DNA of 64,000 nt from an uncultured bacterium (GCA_964644695.1 CAZXWN010000001.1:578805-642804), one strand, 5' to 3'; counted from the first letter of the stretch, positions 19,797-30,393 are shown. Program-made: numbers and translations. Notes: generated by a model from the sequence alone, not told the origin.

Positions 19797-20543
19797 ATGT
19801 CAGGTCATAATAAGTGGAGTAGTATTAAACATAAAAAAGGCGCGCTTGATGCCAAGCGTGGCAAACTTTTTACCCGTGTTATCAAAGAAATTATCGTAGC
19901 CGCTCGTCAAGGTGGTGGAGATATTGATGGCAATGCTCGTTTACGAACTGCCATTGCCGCCGCTAAAGCAGCAAATATGCCCAAGGCAAACTGGGAAACA
20001 GCAATAAAAAAAGGTACCGGTGAAATTGAGGGCGTAACAATTGAAGAGTGCGTTTATGAGGGATATGGTCCTGGTGGATGTGCTGTCATCGTTGAAACGG
20101 CAACTGATAATAGAAACCGAACAACCGCCGAATTACGCCATATGTTCGTCAGACACGGTGGGAATATGGGTGAAGTGGGTAGTGTCGCATGGATGTTCAA
20201 TCGCAAAGGTTTAGTCGTCATTGAAAACCCTACAGTCGATGAAGACACGGTCATGAATGCCGTTCTGGATGCTGGTGCGGACGATGTAATCTCTTCTGAA
20301 GACATGATTGAAGTGTATTGCAACCCCAGTGATTTGGAAAACGTTAAAAATGCTTTAACTGCGGCCAACATCACTTTCACCAGCTTTAAACTTACAATGG
20401 TTCCCCAGAATACAGTTGAACTTGATGAATCCAAGGCCAAACAGGCAATTGATCTCATGGACTCTCTTGAAAATCATGATGATGTTCAAAATACATATTC
20501 TAATTTTGACATCTCGGAAGAGATTCTTAATAAATTGGCTTAA
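19797..20543 (+). CDS. yebC: YebC/PmpR-family transcriptional regulator
   Basis: 248 aa; N-terminal MSGHNKWSSIKHKKG signature of the YebC family. Confidence 0.9.
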   Translation: MSGHNKWSSIKHKKGALDAKRGKLFTRVIKEIIVAARQGGGDIDGNARLRTAIAAAKAANMPKANWETAIKKGTGEIEGVTIEECVYEGYGPGGCAVIVETATDNRNRTTAELRHMFVRHGGNMGEVGSVAWMFNRKGLVVIENPTVDEDTVMNAVLDAGADDVISSEDMIEVYCNPSDLENVKNALTAANITFTSFKLTMVPQNTVELDESKAKQAIDLMDSLENHDDVQNTYSNFDISEEILNKLA

Positions 20544-20551
20544 TGAAATGT

Positions 20552-20585
20552 ATCCCCGAAGGAAATAATCATTTTCTTCGGGGAT
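20552..20585 (+). terminator. Hairpin terminator after yebC
   Basis: ATCCCCGAAG - 14 nt loop - CTTCGGGGAT followed by AT-rich sequence. Confidence 0.65.
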
Positions 20586-20600
20586 AATTATTGTTTATGG

Positions 20601-20629
20601 TTGACAAGAATTTAGCCATTCGATAGTAT
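20601..20629 (+). promoter_or_regulatory. Sigma-70-type promoter: TTGACA - 17 nt - TAGTAT
   Basis: Consensus -35 hexamer, ideal 17-nt spacer and a -10 matching 4/6 of TATAAT (-T-tAT); drives a transcript with a roughly 90-nt leader preceding the 20726 ORF. Confidence 0.55.
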
Positions 20630-20725
20630 TTCCTCACTTATTTGGAAATGATACTCATCATAGCTGGCGGTTCGTGATAAACTATCGTTTCAAAGTAATT
20701 TCACTACAAGAGAGGTTTAGTCCCT

Positions 20726-21181
20726 ATGCTGGTTTGCAAAAAATGCAAAGCGGTCAAAATTGAGGATAAATGGATTCCCTCAACCAACTTACGCCGCAAT
20801 GTCACCTTCACTCTTTGTCCAGATTGCACACAAGAATTAAAACAAACCTCCCATGGTGTTGTTATGCTGGATGGTATCTTTTTCCGCCAAAACACTACGC
20901 AATCCATGGAATTAATCAAAACAGAAGAAATGCGTGCTCGGAAAACAAATGTTTATGCCCGAGTGGTTCAAATATCCAAAGGGACAAATCCCATCACCAT
21001 TAAAACCACAAACTCACAATTAGCTATCCAGATTGGGAAACAATTCAGACGCCAGTTCAAAGGCGATCTGCAAATCAATGAAAATCCTAAAACGGGCGTA
21101 ACCGTTCGTTGGACTATAAAATCTGAGAAAATTGAAGCTAAGAACACATCTGAAGATAATTCAGCACACACACCAGCATAA
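20726..21181 (+). CDS. Hypothetical protein with N-terminal CxxC...CxxC zinc ribbon
   Basis: 151 aa; CKKC ... CPDC about 19 residues apart, then a basic, Thr/Lys-rich 110-aa region; no family recognised. Confidence 0.5.
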   Translation: MLVCKKCKAVKIEDKWIPSTNLRRNVTFTLCPDCTQELKQTSHGVVMLDGIFFRQNTTQSMELIKTEEMRARKTNVYARVVQISKGTNPITIKTTNSQLAIQIGKQFRRQFKGDLQINENPKTGVTVRWTIKSEKIEAKNTSEDNSAHTPA

Positions 21182-21199
21182 GATGTTAACCACTGATTC

Positions 21200-23191
21200 G
21201 TGTCTGGTTTTAAGATAAAATCCAGTTTTAAGCCTTGTGGCGATCAACCAAAGGCTATTCAGGCTCTGGAGAATTTTATTACATCAGAGCATCGGTATAA
21301 CACACTCGTTGGGGTAACTGGGTCAGGTAAAACCTTCACTATCGCTAATCTTGTAGAACGTATACAGAAACCTACCCTGGTAATCGCTCATAATAAAACA
21401 TTAGCAGCCCAATTATTTCAGGAATTCCGCGACTTTTTTCCCGATAACGCAGTTGAGTATTTCGTTAGTTATTATGATTATTATCAACCTGAAGCATATA
21501 TCCCACGTACGGATACCTATATTGAAAAAGACTCCGCAATTAATGACGAAATAGATAAGTTACGTCATCGCGCAACGATGAGTCTTCTCACCCGAAGAGA
21601 TGTAATTGTTGTAGCCAGTGTTTCATGTATCTATGGACTGGGTTCTCCCGAGCTATATTACGGAATGGTGGTTCAATTTAAACAGGGTGATCAGATGGAC
21701 CGCCAAACTGCAATCAGGAAGCTCATTGATATACTCTACGAACGAAATCAAGTCGAATTTGAGAGGGGCGTATTCAGAGCTCGAGGCGATGTTCTTGAAA
21801 TATTCCCCACTTATGATGATAAGGCCATTCGGGTTGAATTTTTTGGCGATGAAATCGAACGTATCACCCGAATCGACCCATTAACGGGGCGCCCTGAACA
21901 TGAAATGGATCAAGTAACCATTTTCCCAGCAAAGCATTGGGTAACCCCTGCTCTTCAATTAAAATCAGCGGTAGAAAAAATTCGAGAAGAGCTTAATGAC
22001 CGCATTTGTTGGTTCGAAGATCGTAAGCAATTGCTGGAAGCACAGAGAATTAAGCAACGTACCAACTTCGATATCGAAATGATGCAGGAGATTGGTTATT
22101 GTACCGGTATCGAAAATTACTCAAGGATATTAAGCAATCGAGAACCAGGTTCCTGCCCAGAAACGCTTATAGATTATTTACCCAAAGATTCATTGGTAGT
22201 CATAGATGAATCGCATGTAACCCTCCCCCAAATCCATGGAATGTATGCCGGCGATCATTCTCGAAAAAAGAACCTTGTTGATTTTGGGTTTAGACTCCCT
22301 TCCGCTTTTGATAATCGTCCTTTGAAATTTGATGAATTTCATAATAAGGTCAAACAGTTTCTTTTTGTTTCAGCTACTCCAGGCGCATGGGAAGTAGACG
22401 CATCCAAAGAGAGTGTTGTTGAACAAATAATCAGACCTACAGGACTTCTTGATCCTGAAATATTCATCCGTCCCACAAAAAATCAAATTGATGATCTCTC
22501 AGAGGAAATAAGAAAACGTGCTGCATTGAATGAACGGGTTCTAGTGACTACCTTAACTAAAAAGATGGCCGAGAACCTGACCGAACATCTTGTACAGACT
22601 GGCATAAAAGCTAGATATTTACATTCTGTTATAGAAACCTTAGATAGAATTGAAATAATTCGTGGACTGCGTCTAGGAGAATTTGATGTACTTGTTGGAG
22701 TAAATCTGCTCCGTGAGGGACTAGACATTCCGGAAGTTACTTTGGTTGCCATATTGGATGCAGACAAGGAAGGCTTCTTACGCTCAGAGAAATCTTTAAT
22801 ACAAACAATCGGACGTTGTGCGCGTAATTCTAAATCTATTGCATTGTTTTATGCAGACAATATAACTGACTCCATGAAAAAGGCCATAGAAATAACAAAT
22901 AAACGTAGAGAAATTCAGAAAGCGTATAATGAAGAAAATGGAATAATACCTGTAACTATTGTACGTCCAGTCCAGGAAATGATTAAGGAATTACAGAGCA
23001 AGATTGATAATGATTTAGATAATATTGTCAAAACCGCTCATGTACATTCTGATGCAGAATTAGAAAAACTTATCAACGATACTTCGACGCTTATGAAAAA
23101 GGCTGCTAAAGAATTGGATTTTGAATCTGCCGCAAGATATAGGGATCAGGTATTCAAATTGAAACAGCTTTTAGTTGGGGTAAGAAGGTGA
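21200..23191 (+). CDS. uvrB: Excinuclease ABC subunit B
   Basis: 663 aa; GTG start; Walker A GVTGSGKT, helicase motifs, C-terminal UvrB/UvrC interaction domain. Confidence 0.95.
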   Translation: MSGFKIKSSFKPCGDQPKAIQALENFITSEHRYNTLVGVTGSGKTFTIANLVERIQKPTLVIAHNKTLAAQLFQEFRDFFPDNAVEYFVSYYDYYQPEAYIPRTDTYIEKDSAINDEIDKLRHRATMSLLTRRDVIVVASVSCIYGLGSPELYYGMVVQFKQGDQMDRQTAIRKLIDILYERNQVEFERGVFRARGDVLEIFPTYDDKAIRVEFFGDEIERITRIDPLTGRPEHEMDQVTIFPAKHWVTPALQLKSAVEKIREELNDRICWFEDRKQLLEAQRIKQRTNFDIEMMQEIGYCTGIENYSRILSNREPGSCPETLIDYLPKDSLVVIDESHVTLPQIHGMYAGDHSRKKNLVDFGFRLPSAFDNRPLKFDEFHNKVKQFLFVSATPGAWEVDASKESVVEQIIRPTGLLDPEIFIRPTKNQIDDLSEEIRKRAALNERVLVTTLTKKMAENLTEHLVQTGIKARYLHSVIETLDRIEIIRGLRLGEFDVLVGVNLLREGLDIPEVTLVAILDADKEGFLRSEKSLIQTIGRCARNSKSIALFYADNITDSMKKAIEITNKRREIQKAYNEENGIIPVTIVRPVQEMIKELQSKIDNDLDNIVKTAHVHSDAELEKLINDTSTLMKKAAKELDFESAARYRDQVFKLKQLLVGVRR

Positions 23192-24819
23192 AGCTGCCAT
23201 TAAAAAGCACTCTTGTTGTTTTAGTCTTAATTATTCTTATGGGTGCAGGATTACGGTTTTATCATCTTGGCAGTAAAAGCTTTTGGGTGGATGAGATTGT
23301 GGCATCCTATGTTGCCAGCGGACCTGATTTGAAGGCAACTAATGCTGATATTCCATATATAATTAATCAACGGTACAGAGATGTTTCCCCTCCCCTTCGT
23401 GATTTTATAGCCAACTATTCTTTTCGCATATGGGGTGTTAATGAGCTGGGATTAAGGTTTTTTCCCGCATGCTTTGGAGTATTAGGAATATTATTGATAT
23501 TTATTATTGCCTGGGATTGGCTAAAAGATGAAAAAGCTGCGCTGTTATCTGCTTTAGTATTTAGTATTCTGCCTTTCCACATACAGCATTCCCAAGATGG
23601 ACGAATGTATACATTGTTCATGTTTTACACGCTGGCATCTTTCTATGCAATGTATAAGGCGCTCCACAATAGAAAGAAACGACTCTTGTGGGCGTCTCTC
23701 TATGTGATTTTAAATTCATTAAGCATTTACCATTCATATTTTGGATTTTGGGCTCTAATTACACAATTTATCATTGGTATATACTGGATATACTTTCCAG
23801 ATTCTGAGTATGGGTCACCGACTCATGAGAAAAAAATCACATTACTCTCATTATTCGTTGGGATTCATGGAATCATAGCTATCATATATATCCCTTGGCT
23901 CAAAGCTATCTATCAGTTCATAAAAACACATGGGAATCCACCTGCTCCATACCAAGTTCCATTCATTCAAGCAACCCCATCAGCAGAAGTAAGTCGGAAT
24001 TTCATGTATCATTTGCAACCCAATTTCACATTTATTGAGAGTTTAGTTCATGAATTTGGATTACCGGGAATTTCTGGATGGATAATGTTTGGATTGGGCG
24101 TTTTAGGAATTTTCTATATTTACAGGGACAACTCAAAAAGGAAAGCTATTGGACTAGCCCTCTGGATAATTATCCCAATAATCATCACCTTTGCACCACC
24201 GCCTAAGGTATTATTCTTCAACCGTTATATTTGCTTTATACTTCCAATTTACATTTTGTTAGTCTCAATAGGCGCACTAAGACTGGTAAATGAAATACTT
24301 ACAAGGTTTCAAATTAAGCCAGATATGAGGTCAACATTATCTCTGATAATAATTTCCTGTTTATTTACAGCGGCGACGGCTTCTAGCCTCATAAACTATT
24401 ACTCAACAGATAAACAACCCTGGCGAAAAGCAGTCCGATATATCATGGATAACACAGAAGATAATGACATTGTCATTACAGGTCCTTATAATGCCAATTG
24501 GTGTACTCTGTACTATATGCAAAAAGCCGGTGCGGTTCGCAAGGATATTGGAAAACTGCCAAACGGGGGAGAGTGGAACATTTTAACCTTCCCCAATGGA
24601 AAGAAGATGGCCATTGGAGAGAAAATGCAATATGTTGTGGATATATCACCCTACATTGAAGGATTTCCTCGTGTCTGGTACATTACGGCTTATTATAGAA
24701 CTTACCAATACAGGAATCCCGCCTATTATAACTACCTGGAAGCTGAAAAAAGTTACATGGAAATATTTCGAGGAGATTCACGAGAAAACAATATCTATGT
24801 ATTCTTAATGGAAAAATAA
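23188..24819 (+). CDS. GT-C membrane glycosyltransferase, PMT/ArnT family, paralog 2
   Basis: 543 aa polytopic; N-terminal loop motif [10 protein letters not shown] (conserved DE), more than 10 predicted TM segments; 4-nt overlap with the uvrB stop. Confidence 0.65.
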   Translation: MKLPLKSTLVVLVLIILMGAGLRFYHLGSKSFWVDEIVASYVASGPDLKATNADIPYIINQRYRDVSPPLRDFIANYSFRIWGVNELGLRFFPACFGVLGILLIFIIAWDWLKDEKAALLSALVFSILPFHIQHSQDGRMYTLFMFYTLASFYAMYKALHNRKKRLLWASLYVILNSLSIYHSYFGFWALITQFIIGIYWIYFPDSEYGSPTHEKKITLLSLFVGIHGIIAIIYIPWLKAIYQFIKTHGNPPAPYQVPFIQATPSAEVSRNFMYHLQPNFTFIESLVHEFGLPGISGWIMFGLGVLGIFYIYRDNSKRKAIGLALWIIIPIIITFAPPPKVLFFNRYICFILPIYILLVSIGALRLVNEILTRFQIKPDMRSTLSLIIISCLFTAATASSLINYYSTDKQPWRKAVRYIMDNTEDNDIVITGPYNANWCTLYYMQKAGAVRKDIGKLPNGGEWNILTFPNGKKMAIGEKMQYVVDISPYIEGFPRVWYITAYYRTYQYRNPAYYNYLEAEKSYMEIFRGDSRENNIYVFLMEK

Positions 24820-24820
24820 A

Positions 24821-24852
24821 AAAGGGATATGACTTTTACATCATATCCCTTT
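24821..24852. terminator. Bidirectional hairpin terminator between GT-C paralog 2 and convergent glyA
   Basis: Perfect 12-bp stem AAAGGGATATGA - 8 nt loop - TCATATCCCTTT. Confidence 0.75.
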
Positions 24853-24865
24853 AATTTATAACTAG

Positions 24866-26101
24866 TTATTTATACAGAGGAAATGCCTCACAAAAATGAT
24901 GGACTTCACCTTTGATTTCTGCAAGCACACCATCATCATTCCGATTCATAAGTGCCCGATCAATCAAGTCCGCAATTTTCTTCATCTCATCGGTCTTCAT
25001 GCCCCGGCTAGTGACAGCTGGAGTTCCAACTCGAATACCACTTGTGATAAAGGGCTTCTCAGTTTCAAAGGGTACTGTATTCTTATTAACGGTGATACCC
25101 GCTTTTTCTAAAGCTATCTGAGCATCTTTACCCGTAAGGCCTTTGTTTCTCAGGTCGACTAACATCAGGTGATTATCCGTACCGCCACTGACAAGGCGAT
25201 AGCCCTTCGCAACAAGAGCTTCGGACAGAGCCACGGTATTAGCGATAATCTGCTTCTGATACGCTTTAAATTCATCTGTAAGGGCTTCTTTGAAGGCTAC
25301 GGCTTTAGCGGCTATCACATGCATCAATGGACCACCCTGAATACCAGGGAATATGATACTGTCAATTTTCTTTGCTAAATCAGCCTGGCATAAAATCATT
25401 CCACCCCGAGGGCCGCGAAGTGTCTTATGTGTTGTTGTAGTTACGACATGGGCATACGGCACCGGATTTGGATGTAGTCCAGCAGCCACCAGACCCGCAA
25501 TATGCGCCATATCCACCATAAAATAAGCACCTACTTCATCAGCAATTTCTCTGAAGCGTTTAAAATCCAGAATTCGGGGATAGGCACTGGCACCCGCTAA
25601 TATCATTTTAGGTTTACATTCAAGAGCGATTTTTCTTAATTCATCGTAATCGATAACTTCTGTATCTTTATTAACACCGTAAGAAACTATGTTAAAAAAC
25701 TTACCGGAAAAATTGACCGGACTTCCATGGGTCAAATGTCCACCATGAGATAACTCCATACCTAAAACGGTATCTCCAGGCTGCAGTAAAGCATAGTAGA
25801 CAGCCATATTAGCCTGTGAACCTGAATGAGGTTGAACATTAGCATGATCCGCACCAAACAATTGTTTTGCTCTTTCAATGGCTAATCGTTCGGCAACATC
25901 AACAAACTCACAGCCACCATAATACCGTTTTCCAGGATAGCCTTCAGCATATTTATTTGTCATAACGCTGCCTTGCGCTTCCATGACGGCACGACTTACA
26001 AAGTTTTCTGAGGCAATTAATTCAAGACCAAATTCCTGCCGATTAGTTTCATCTTGAATTGCCTGATAAATTTCCGGATCATTCTTTTCTAGATAAGACA
26101 T
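24866..26101 (-). CDS. glyA: Serine hydroxymethyltransferase
   Basis: 411 aa; PLP-lysine region [14 protein letters not shown]. Confidence 0.95.
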   Translation of the reverse strand: MSYLEKNDPEIYQAIQDETNRQEFGLELIASENFVSRAVMEAQGSVMTNKYAEGYPGKRYYGGCEFVDVAERLAIERAKQLFGADHANVQPHSGSQANMAVYYALLQPGDTVLGMELSHGGHLTHGSPVNFSGKFFNIVSYGVNKDTEVIDYDELRKIALECKPKMILAGASAYPRILDFKRFREIADEVGAYFMVDMAHIAGLVAAGLHPNPVPYAHVVTTTTHKTLRGPRGGMILCQADLAKKIDSIIFPGIQGGPLMHVIAAKAVAFKEALTDEFKAYQKQIIANTVALSEALVAKGYRLVSGGTDNHLMLVDLRNKGLTGKDAQIALEKAGITVNKNTVPFETEKPFITSGIRVGTPAVTSRGMKTDEMKKIADLIDRALMNRNDDGVLAEIKGEVHHFCEAFPLYK

Positions 26102-26129
26102 AGTTTCTATACCTTTCGATTAGATTTAC

Positions 26130-26591
26130 CTATTTTGAATATTTGTTTTCAATTAATTGAATTTTATCAAGGCGTTTTTGGTGACGCCCCCCCTCATAAT
26201 CAGTTTCTAACCAGGCTTTGACTATTTGTAAGGCTTTATCTGTCTCCAGTCCACCCGTTTCAGGGCGTCCTCCCAGGGAAAGAACATTGGCATTTCCATG
26301 CTTACGGCTTTCCTGCGCCAGAATCACCGAAGTCGCTAATGCACATCGAATACCTGGGACCTTATTTGCCACATAACTCATACCAAGTCCATTACCACAA
26401 ATGACGATTCCACGGTCAAAATCACCATTTGAAACACCTTCTGCAACAGGAGTTCCATAATCAGGAAAATCAACAGATGATTCCGAGTTTGTTCCAAAAT
26501 CAACTATTTCATACCCTAATTCGGTCAAAGTAGATTTGACAATTTCTTTTAATTGAAAACCTGCATGATCTGAACCGATAGCTATCTTCAT
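26130..26591 (-). CDS. rpiB: Ribose-5-phosphate isomerase B
   Basis: RpiB/LacAB signature MKIAIGSDHAGF; start set at the internal Met (GGAGAG RBS), whose ATG overlaps the upstream phosphatase stop. Confidence 0.85.
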   Translation of the reverse strand: MKIAIGSDHAGFQLKEIVKSTLTELGYEIVDFGTNSESSVDFPDYGTPVAEGVSNGDFDRGIVICGNGLGMSYVANKVPGIRCALATSVILAQESRKHGNANVLSLGGRPETGGLETDKALQIVKAWLETDYEGGRHQKRLDKIQLIENKYSK

Positions 26592-27061
26592 GGCTTCTCT
26601 CCTGTAAAATGCCGGTGAATCAAACCCTTTACACAATCTTCAATTAACCGGGCACATTGGTCATAAACTTCAATATCAAATCCGTATGGATCAGAAATAT
26701 TCATAGATTTATCTTTAACCGGAGAAAATTCTCGTAATAAATGGATGCGTTCAGCCAAATGTGGAGCAATGCTTTCCAAAATATCCCGGTGATAATCTTC
26801 CATAGCCAAAATTAAATCGAATTCTAATAATGATTCGGGTGTGATTTGTCTGGTTCGATGATTCGAGATATCTATTCCCCGGCTTTTTAGTACCTTTTGG
26901 GATTCAGGAGTCGCAGTTTGACCATTTCGAGTCATTATCCCGGCAGAACTGACTTGTATCCCATCAATACCAGTTAACTGAAGATAATGCTTCATCAACG
27001 CTTCAGCCATCGGACTTCGGCACATATTTCCGGTACAAATGAATAAAATAGATTTAATCAT
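26588..27061 (-). CDS. Low-molecular-weight protein phosphatase (LMW-PTP; YwlE-like candidate protein-arginine/tyrosine phosphatase)
   Basis: 157 aa; P-loop CTGNMCRSPMAE; position between tsaC and rpiB-glyA mirrors B. subtilis ywlC-ywlE-ywlF-glyA. Confidence 0.8.
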   Translation of the reverse strand: MIKSILFICTGNMCRSPMAEALMKHYLQLTGIDGIQVSSAGIMTRNGQTATPESQKVLKSRGIDISNHRTRQITPESLLEFDLILAMEDYHRDILESIAPHLAERIHLLREFSPVKDKSMNISDPYGFDIEVYDQCARLIEDCVKGLIHRHFTGEKP

Positions 27062-27146
27062 AATTTTTCTCGGAATCTCGTAAATAGATTATATCGTAAC
27101 CTGCCCTCGCCGATATTTTTTAAACCAAAATTCTACCTGAATAAAC

Positions 27147-27172
27147 ATCGAACAAGATCGATCTTGTTCGAT
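27147..27172. repeat. Palindromic hairpin repeat family A, copy 2. Perfect 26-nt palindrome ATCGAACAAGATCGATCTTGTTCGAT located inside the tsaC - LMW-PTP operon
   Basis: Read directly; perfect dyad symmetry; two GATC sites at the centre. Confidence 0.85.
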
Positions 27173-27193
27173 ACTGGTTTTTACAATATTCTT

Positions 27194-27823
27194 TTACTTA
27201 TTAAACCTATTTATCTGTAATTCAGTAATTTCACCTTGCCTTAAAATTTTAAACTTAGTCTGGGTAATATCAACGACCGTTGAAGGAACTCCGCTTCCCA
27301 GATTTCCGGCATCTAAGACAATATCCATCTTGTCCAGAAATGAAGGTTGTAAGCAATCCAGGGACTTACAAGCTGGCTCCGTAGACAAATTTGCACTAGT
27401 GCTGGCTAAGGGTGCACCTAACTCCTGTAATAACGCATCAATTAGCGGTAAGGAAGGCCATCGAACACCAATTTTACCAGTGCATCGAGTGACCCTGTCT
27501 AAATCCTTCCTTGCACAAGGCAAAACTACAGTCAATGGACCCGGCCAGTACTCCTTACACAGTTGTTTCACATTTTCGGGAACATTTCCTGACAGTTCTT
27601 CCACTTGACTTAAATTGCCAACAAACACCGGCAAAGGTTTATCCGCATCCCGCGATTTCACTTCATATATTCGCTCAATAGCATGGGGATTAAACAACGA
27701 TGCAACTATCCCATACACGGTATCCGTAGGAACGATGACTAGTCCCCCATTTCGTAAACATTCTACGGTTTCCTTAATAACTTCAGGTTCAGGGATTAAT
27801 GGGTTTATGGATAATCGTTTCAT
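27194..27823 (-). CDS. tsaC: L-threonylcarbamoyladenylate synthase (YrdC/Sua5 family)
   Basis: 209 aa; YrdC fold motifs (VIVPTDTVYGIVASL, KSRDADKPLPVFV). Confidence 0.85.
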   Translation of the reverse strand: MKRLSINPLIPEPEVIKETVECLRNGGLVIVPTDTVYGIVASLFNPHAIERIYEVKSRDADKPLPVFVGNLSQVEELSGNVPENVKQLCKEYWPGPLTVVLPCARKDLDRVTRCTGKIGVRWPSLPLIDALLQELGAPLASTSANLSTEPACKSLDCLQPSFLDKMDIVLDAGNLGSGVPSTVVDITQTKFKILRQGEITELQINRFNK

Positions 27824-27825
27824 AC

Positions 27826-28473
27826 TTATGATTTGTTACTCACAAAACTACTCACATTTTGAAATAAAAATGTATAAACTTTATCAATTCTGTCCTGTAA
27901 GACTTGAAGATCATTGACCGGTACGGGATACTCACCCCGTAATTCAACAAACATCTGTGAAACATCACGAAACCATGGCTCAATCTTTAAATCAAAGACT
28001 TCATCGGAAGATGGCATATTGACTCTTAATCCAGAACCAGCAACAGGTCTCCCCAGCCTTCCCAAATCATCCGGTGAAAATTGAAAGAACCGATTCATTA
28101 AATAATCTCGTGAATTTTCTCCCGGTGATTGGGGCCATAGCGCCCTCAAAATCACGACTTGAAAAAGATAGGCAGGCATGGGAACCAGCTTTTTCATCAT
28201 TTCCAATATATCGAAAAACTTTTCTTTATAAATTTGGATATCCGCTTGAAGATTATCTTCTTGAAAAGAAATTCTGTCTCCACTGACTCGTAACAAGGAA
28301 CCGGTGTTATTGGTCATCTGGGCGCCATTAGGAAGAAGATTAAAGCTGTCATACTCATACCGACGGCTTATATCAGCATACAGCGATGTCAATATTGATT
28401 TATCAAGATTATTAATGGGGGGATATACAATCTCCATGGATACATGAATTGTGCGTAATAATTCCGGATTCAT
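27826..28473 (-). CDS. Hypothetical protein
   Basis: 216 aa from the internal Met MNPELLR (the track ORF extends to 28533); no recognisable motif; stop is 3 nt from the tsaC start. Confidence 0.4.
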   Translation of the reverse strand: MNPELLRTIHVSMEIVYPPINNLDKSILTSLYADISRRYEYDSFNLLPNGAQMTNNTGSLLRVSGDRISFQEDNLQADIQIYKEKFFDILEMMKKLVPMPAYLFQVVILRALWPQSPGENSRDYLMNRFFQFSPDDLGRLGRPVAGSGLRVNMPSSDEVFDLKIEPWFRDVSQMFVELRGEYPVPVNDLQVLQDRIDKVYTFLFQNVSSFVSNKS

Positions 28474-28483
28474 TTTAAATTCC

Positions 28484-29029
28484 TTATCCTTTATGTGAAT
28501 GTAATTGCGCTCTCTTTTTAGACTGGTAAACAATCATTATTTTAAAGGTAATAAGGTATGATAGTGATGTAATCAGCAGTGTTATTAGAGTAAAACCCAG
28601 TAGCAATTCCATTCCACCCGTCATCACTACTTTTCCAATCACTTTACAATATACCTTAAACCCGGTAACTGACATGAATGAAACATGCTGCAACTCCCGC
28701 AATTTCTCCACGACATCAGAAGATATTCGCCAACCCTGCCCCATTAGTAAAGAACCTAAAGGATAACTTCCCACCCAAATGGGTATCTGAGCTATGGGAT
28801 TCAATATTAAAGTACCCAGGATTGCCGCACTACGATTAAGACGTAATAATGAGGATAATACGATAGCGGCAATCGTCCCCATACCTGGCAAGATAGCCAA
28901 CAACACCCCCACAGCCATTCCTCCAGCCACTTTATGAGGACTATCCTTCATCCGTATCAAATGAAGGTAATAAAGACGGAGGCCTCTTTTAAGACGTTCC
29001 ATTAGTGGGCGCTTGTTTTTCATATCCAT
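28484..29029 (-). CDS. DUF2062-family membrane protein
   Basis: 181 aa; Gly-rich TM core GGMAVGVLLAILPGMGTIAAIVL...LNPIAQIPIW typical of DUF2062. Confidence 0.55.
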   Translation of the reverse strand: MDMKNKRPLMERLKRGLRLYYLHLIRMKDSPHKVAGGMAVGVLLAILPGMGTIAAIVLSSLLRLNRSAAILGTLILNPIAQIPIWVGSYPLGSLLMGQGWRISSDVVEKLRELQHVSFMSVTGFKVYCKVIGKVVMTGGMELLLGFTLITLLITSLSYLITFKIMIVYQSKKRAQLHSHKG

Positions 29030-29177
29030 TATTATCGCTGATTTTTATTATTCTGATAAATTCCTCAAAATAACGTCAACCTCATTGTTGTCAAATGTGT
29101 ATAAATTGAAGAAGGAAGTCATCCATGTTAAACTTCCTAAAATAAATATTCTATTAAAAGTATGGTAAAAACCCCCA

Positions 29178-29963
29178 ATGCTTGACACTAGCATACTCAT
29201 CAATTTAGTCACCCAAATCCCATCCTCTGTTGCTGAGACAACTGAAAATGCCATGACACCTGGAATGTCCACTTTTTTTCAGATTCTGGTCACCAGTATT
29301 AGTCAGAGTGGTCTCTTTGGAAAATTCATCCTCGTGATTCTGTTTATTTTCTCCATTATTTCATGGGGTATCATGTTTGAACGATGGAGATACTTTAAAC
29401 GGCAGAATCGTTTAGCAAAACAATTCTTGACAGAGGTTTGGAGTAAACGAACTCCAACTCTCAATTTGGGAATGATTCCGGACAGGAATGATGGATGTTA
29501 CGCTCAGATTTATCGAAAGGCCTGCCAGGAAATTCACCTATCGACTCCCTCAAGCAATATTCCGGGGGTTGCTGCAACTTCTGCATACACACTAACAATT
29601 CAACAAGTGGAACGTTCATTGGAAAATGTTATTTCAGAAGAAAGTACTCTATTTGAGAAAAATCTATCCTTCCTTGGAACGACGGCAAGTGCAACTCCAT
29701 TTATTGGGTTACTTGGAACGGTCTGGGGTATTTTATCAACCTTTTATCAGATGGGCTTGACCGGAACGGCTAACTTTACAACCATCGCTCCAGGACTTGC
29801 GGAGTCTTTAATAGCTACGGCTGCAGGTTTGGCAGCGGCTATTCCAGCGGTTATCGCTTACAACCATTTCCTGACTAAAGTCCGGAGAGAAACTGGAAAA
29901 CTTTACCACTTCGCTTCAGAAATACTCAATCTGGTTGAACAACAATATATCCGAGCAAAATAA
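29178..29963 (+). CDS. tolQ: Tol-Pal system proton channel TolQ (MotA/ExbB family)
   Basis: MotA/TolQ/ExbB C-terminal signature (TAPFIGLLGTVWGI...IAPGLAESLIATAAGL); the true start may be an internal Met (MTPGM at about 29253). Confidence 0.8.
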   Translation: MLDTSILINLVTQIPSSVAETTENAMTPGMSTFFQILVTSISQSGLFGKFILVILFIFSIISWGIMFERWRYFKRQNRLAKQFLTEVWSKRTPTLNLGMIPDRNDGCYAQIYRKACQEIHLSTPSSNIPGVAATSAYTLTIQQVERSLENVISEESTLFEKNLSFLGTTASATPFIGLLGTVWGILSTFYQMGLTGTANFTTIAPGLAESLIATAAGLAAAIPAVIAYNHFLTKVRRETGKLYHFASEILNLVEQQYIRAK

Positions 29964-29965
29964 TC

Positions 29966-30379
29966 ATGTTTAAAAGACGACAAAATGAATTAACAGCCAT
30001 GGCCAGTATTAATGTGACACCTTTTGTAGATGTTGCATTGACCTTGTTAGTCATTTTTATGGTCGTTGCCCCCGCCTTACATCAAAGTATCAATGTCAAA
30101 TTACCCAAGACAAAGACTCAGGGACAGGATGTTTCCGGTAGATGGGTGGTTACAGTTTCCAACCAGAATAAAATCTATTTAAATGAAACAGAATTAACTT
30201 TGGATGATTTAAAAGCTCGAATGGAAGCCGTTGCACAAACCAACTCATCCGCACAAGTCTTTTTAGTCGGGGACAAACGAACCAATTATGGTTCTATCAT
30301 ACGCGTCATGGATGTCCTCAAACAGGCGGGTGTTGAAAAAGTCGGTGTAGTTACTGAATTTGATCAGAAGGCGGAATAA
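29966..30379 (+). CDS. tolR: Tol-Pal system protein TolR (ExbD family)
   Basis: 137 aa; single N-terminal TM helix; ExbD/TolR fold. Confidence 0.8.
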   Translation: MFKRRQNELTAMASINVTPFVDVALTLLVIFMVVAPALHQSINVKLPKTKTQGQDVSGRWVVTVSNQNKIYLNETELTLDDLKARMEAVAQTNSSAQVFLVGDKRTNYGSIIRVMDVLKQAGVEKVGVVTEFDQKAE

Positions 30380-30393
30380 TCAGGAATCTGACC

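Noticed and set aside
29030-29177. Possible small gene or sRNA upstream of tolQ
   Set aside because: Only short antisense ORFs (such as 29048-29272) are present, with no coding signal. The region is more simply the tolQ promoter (TCAACC-18-TGtgTATAAAT) and 5' UTR, and the true tolQ start is uncertain.
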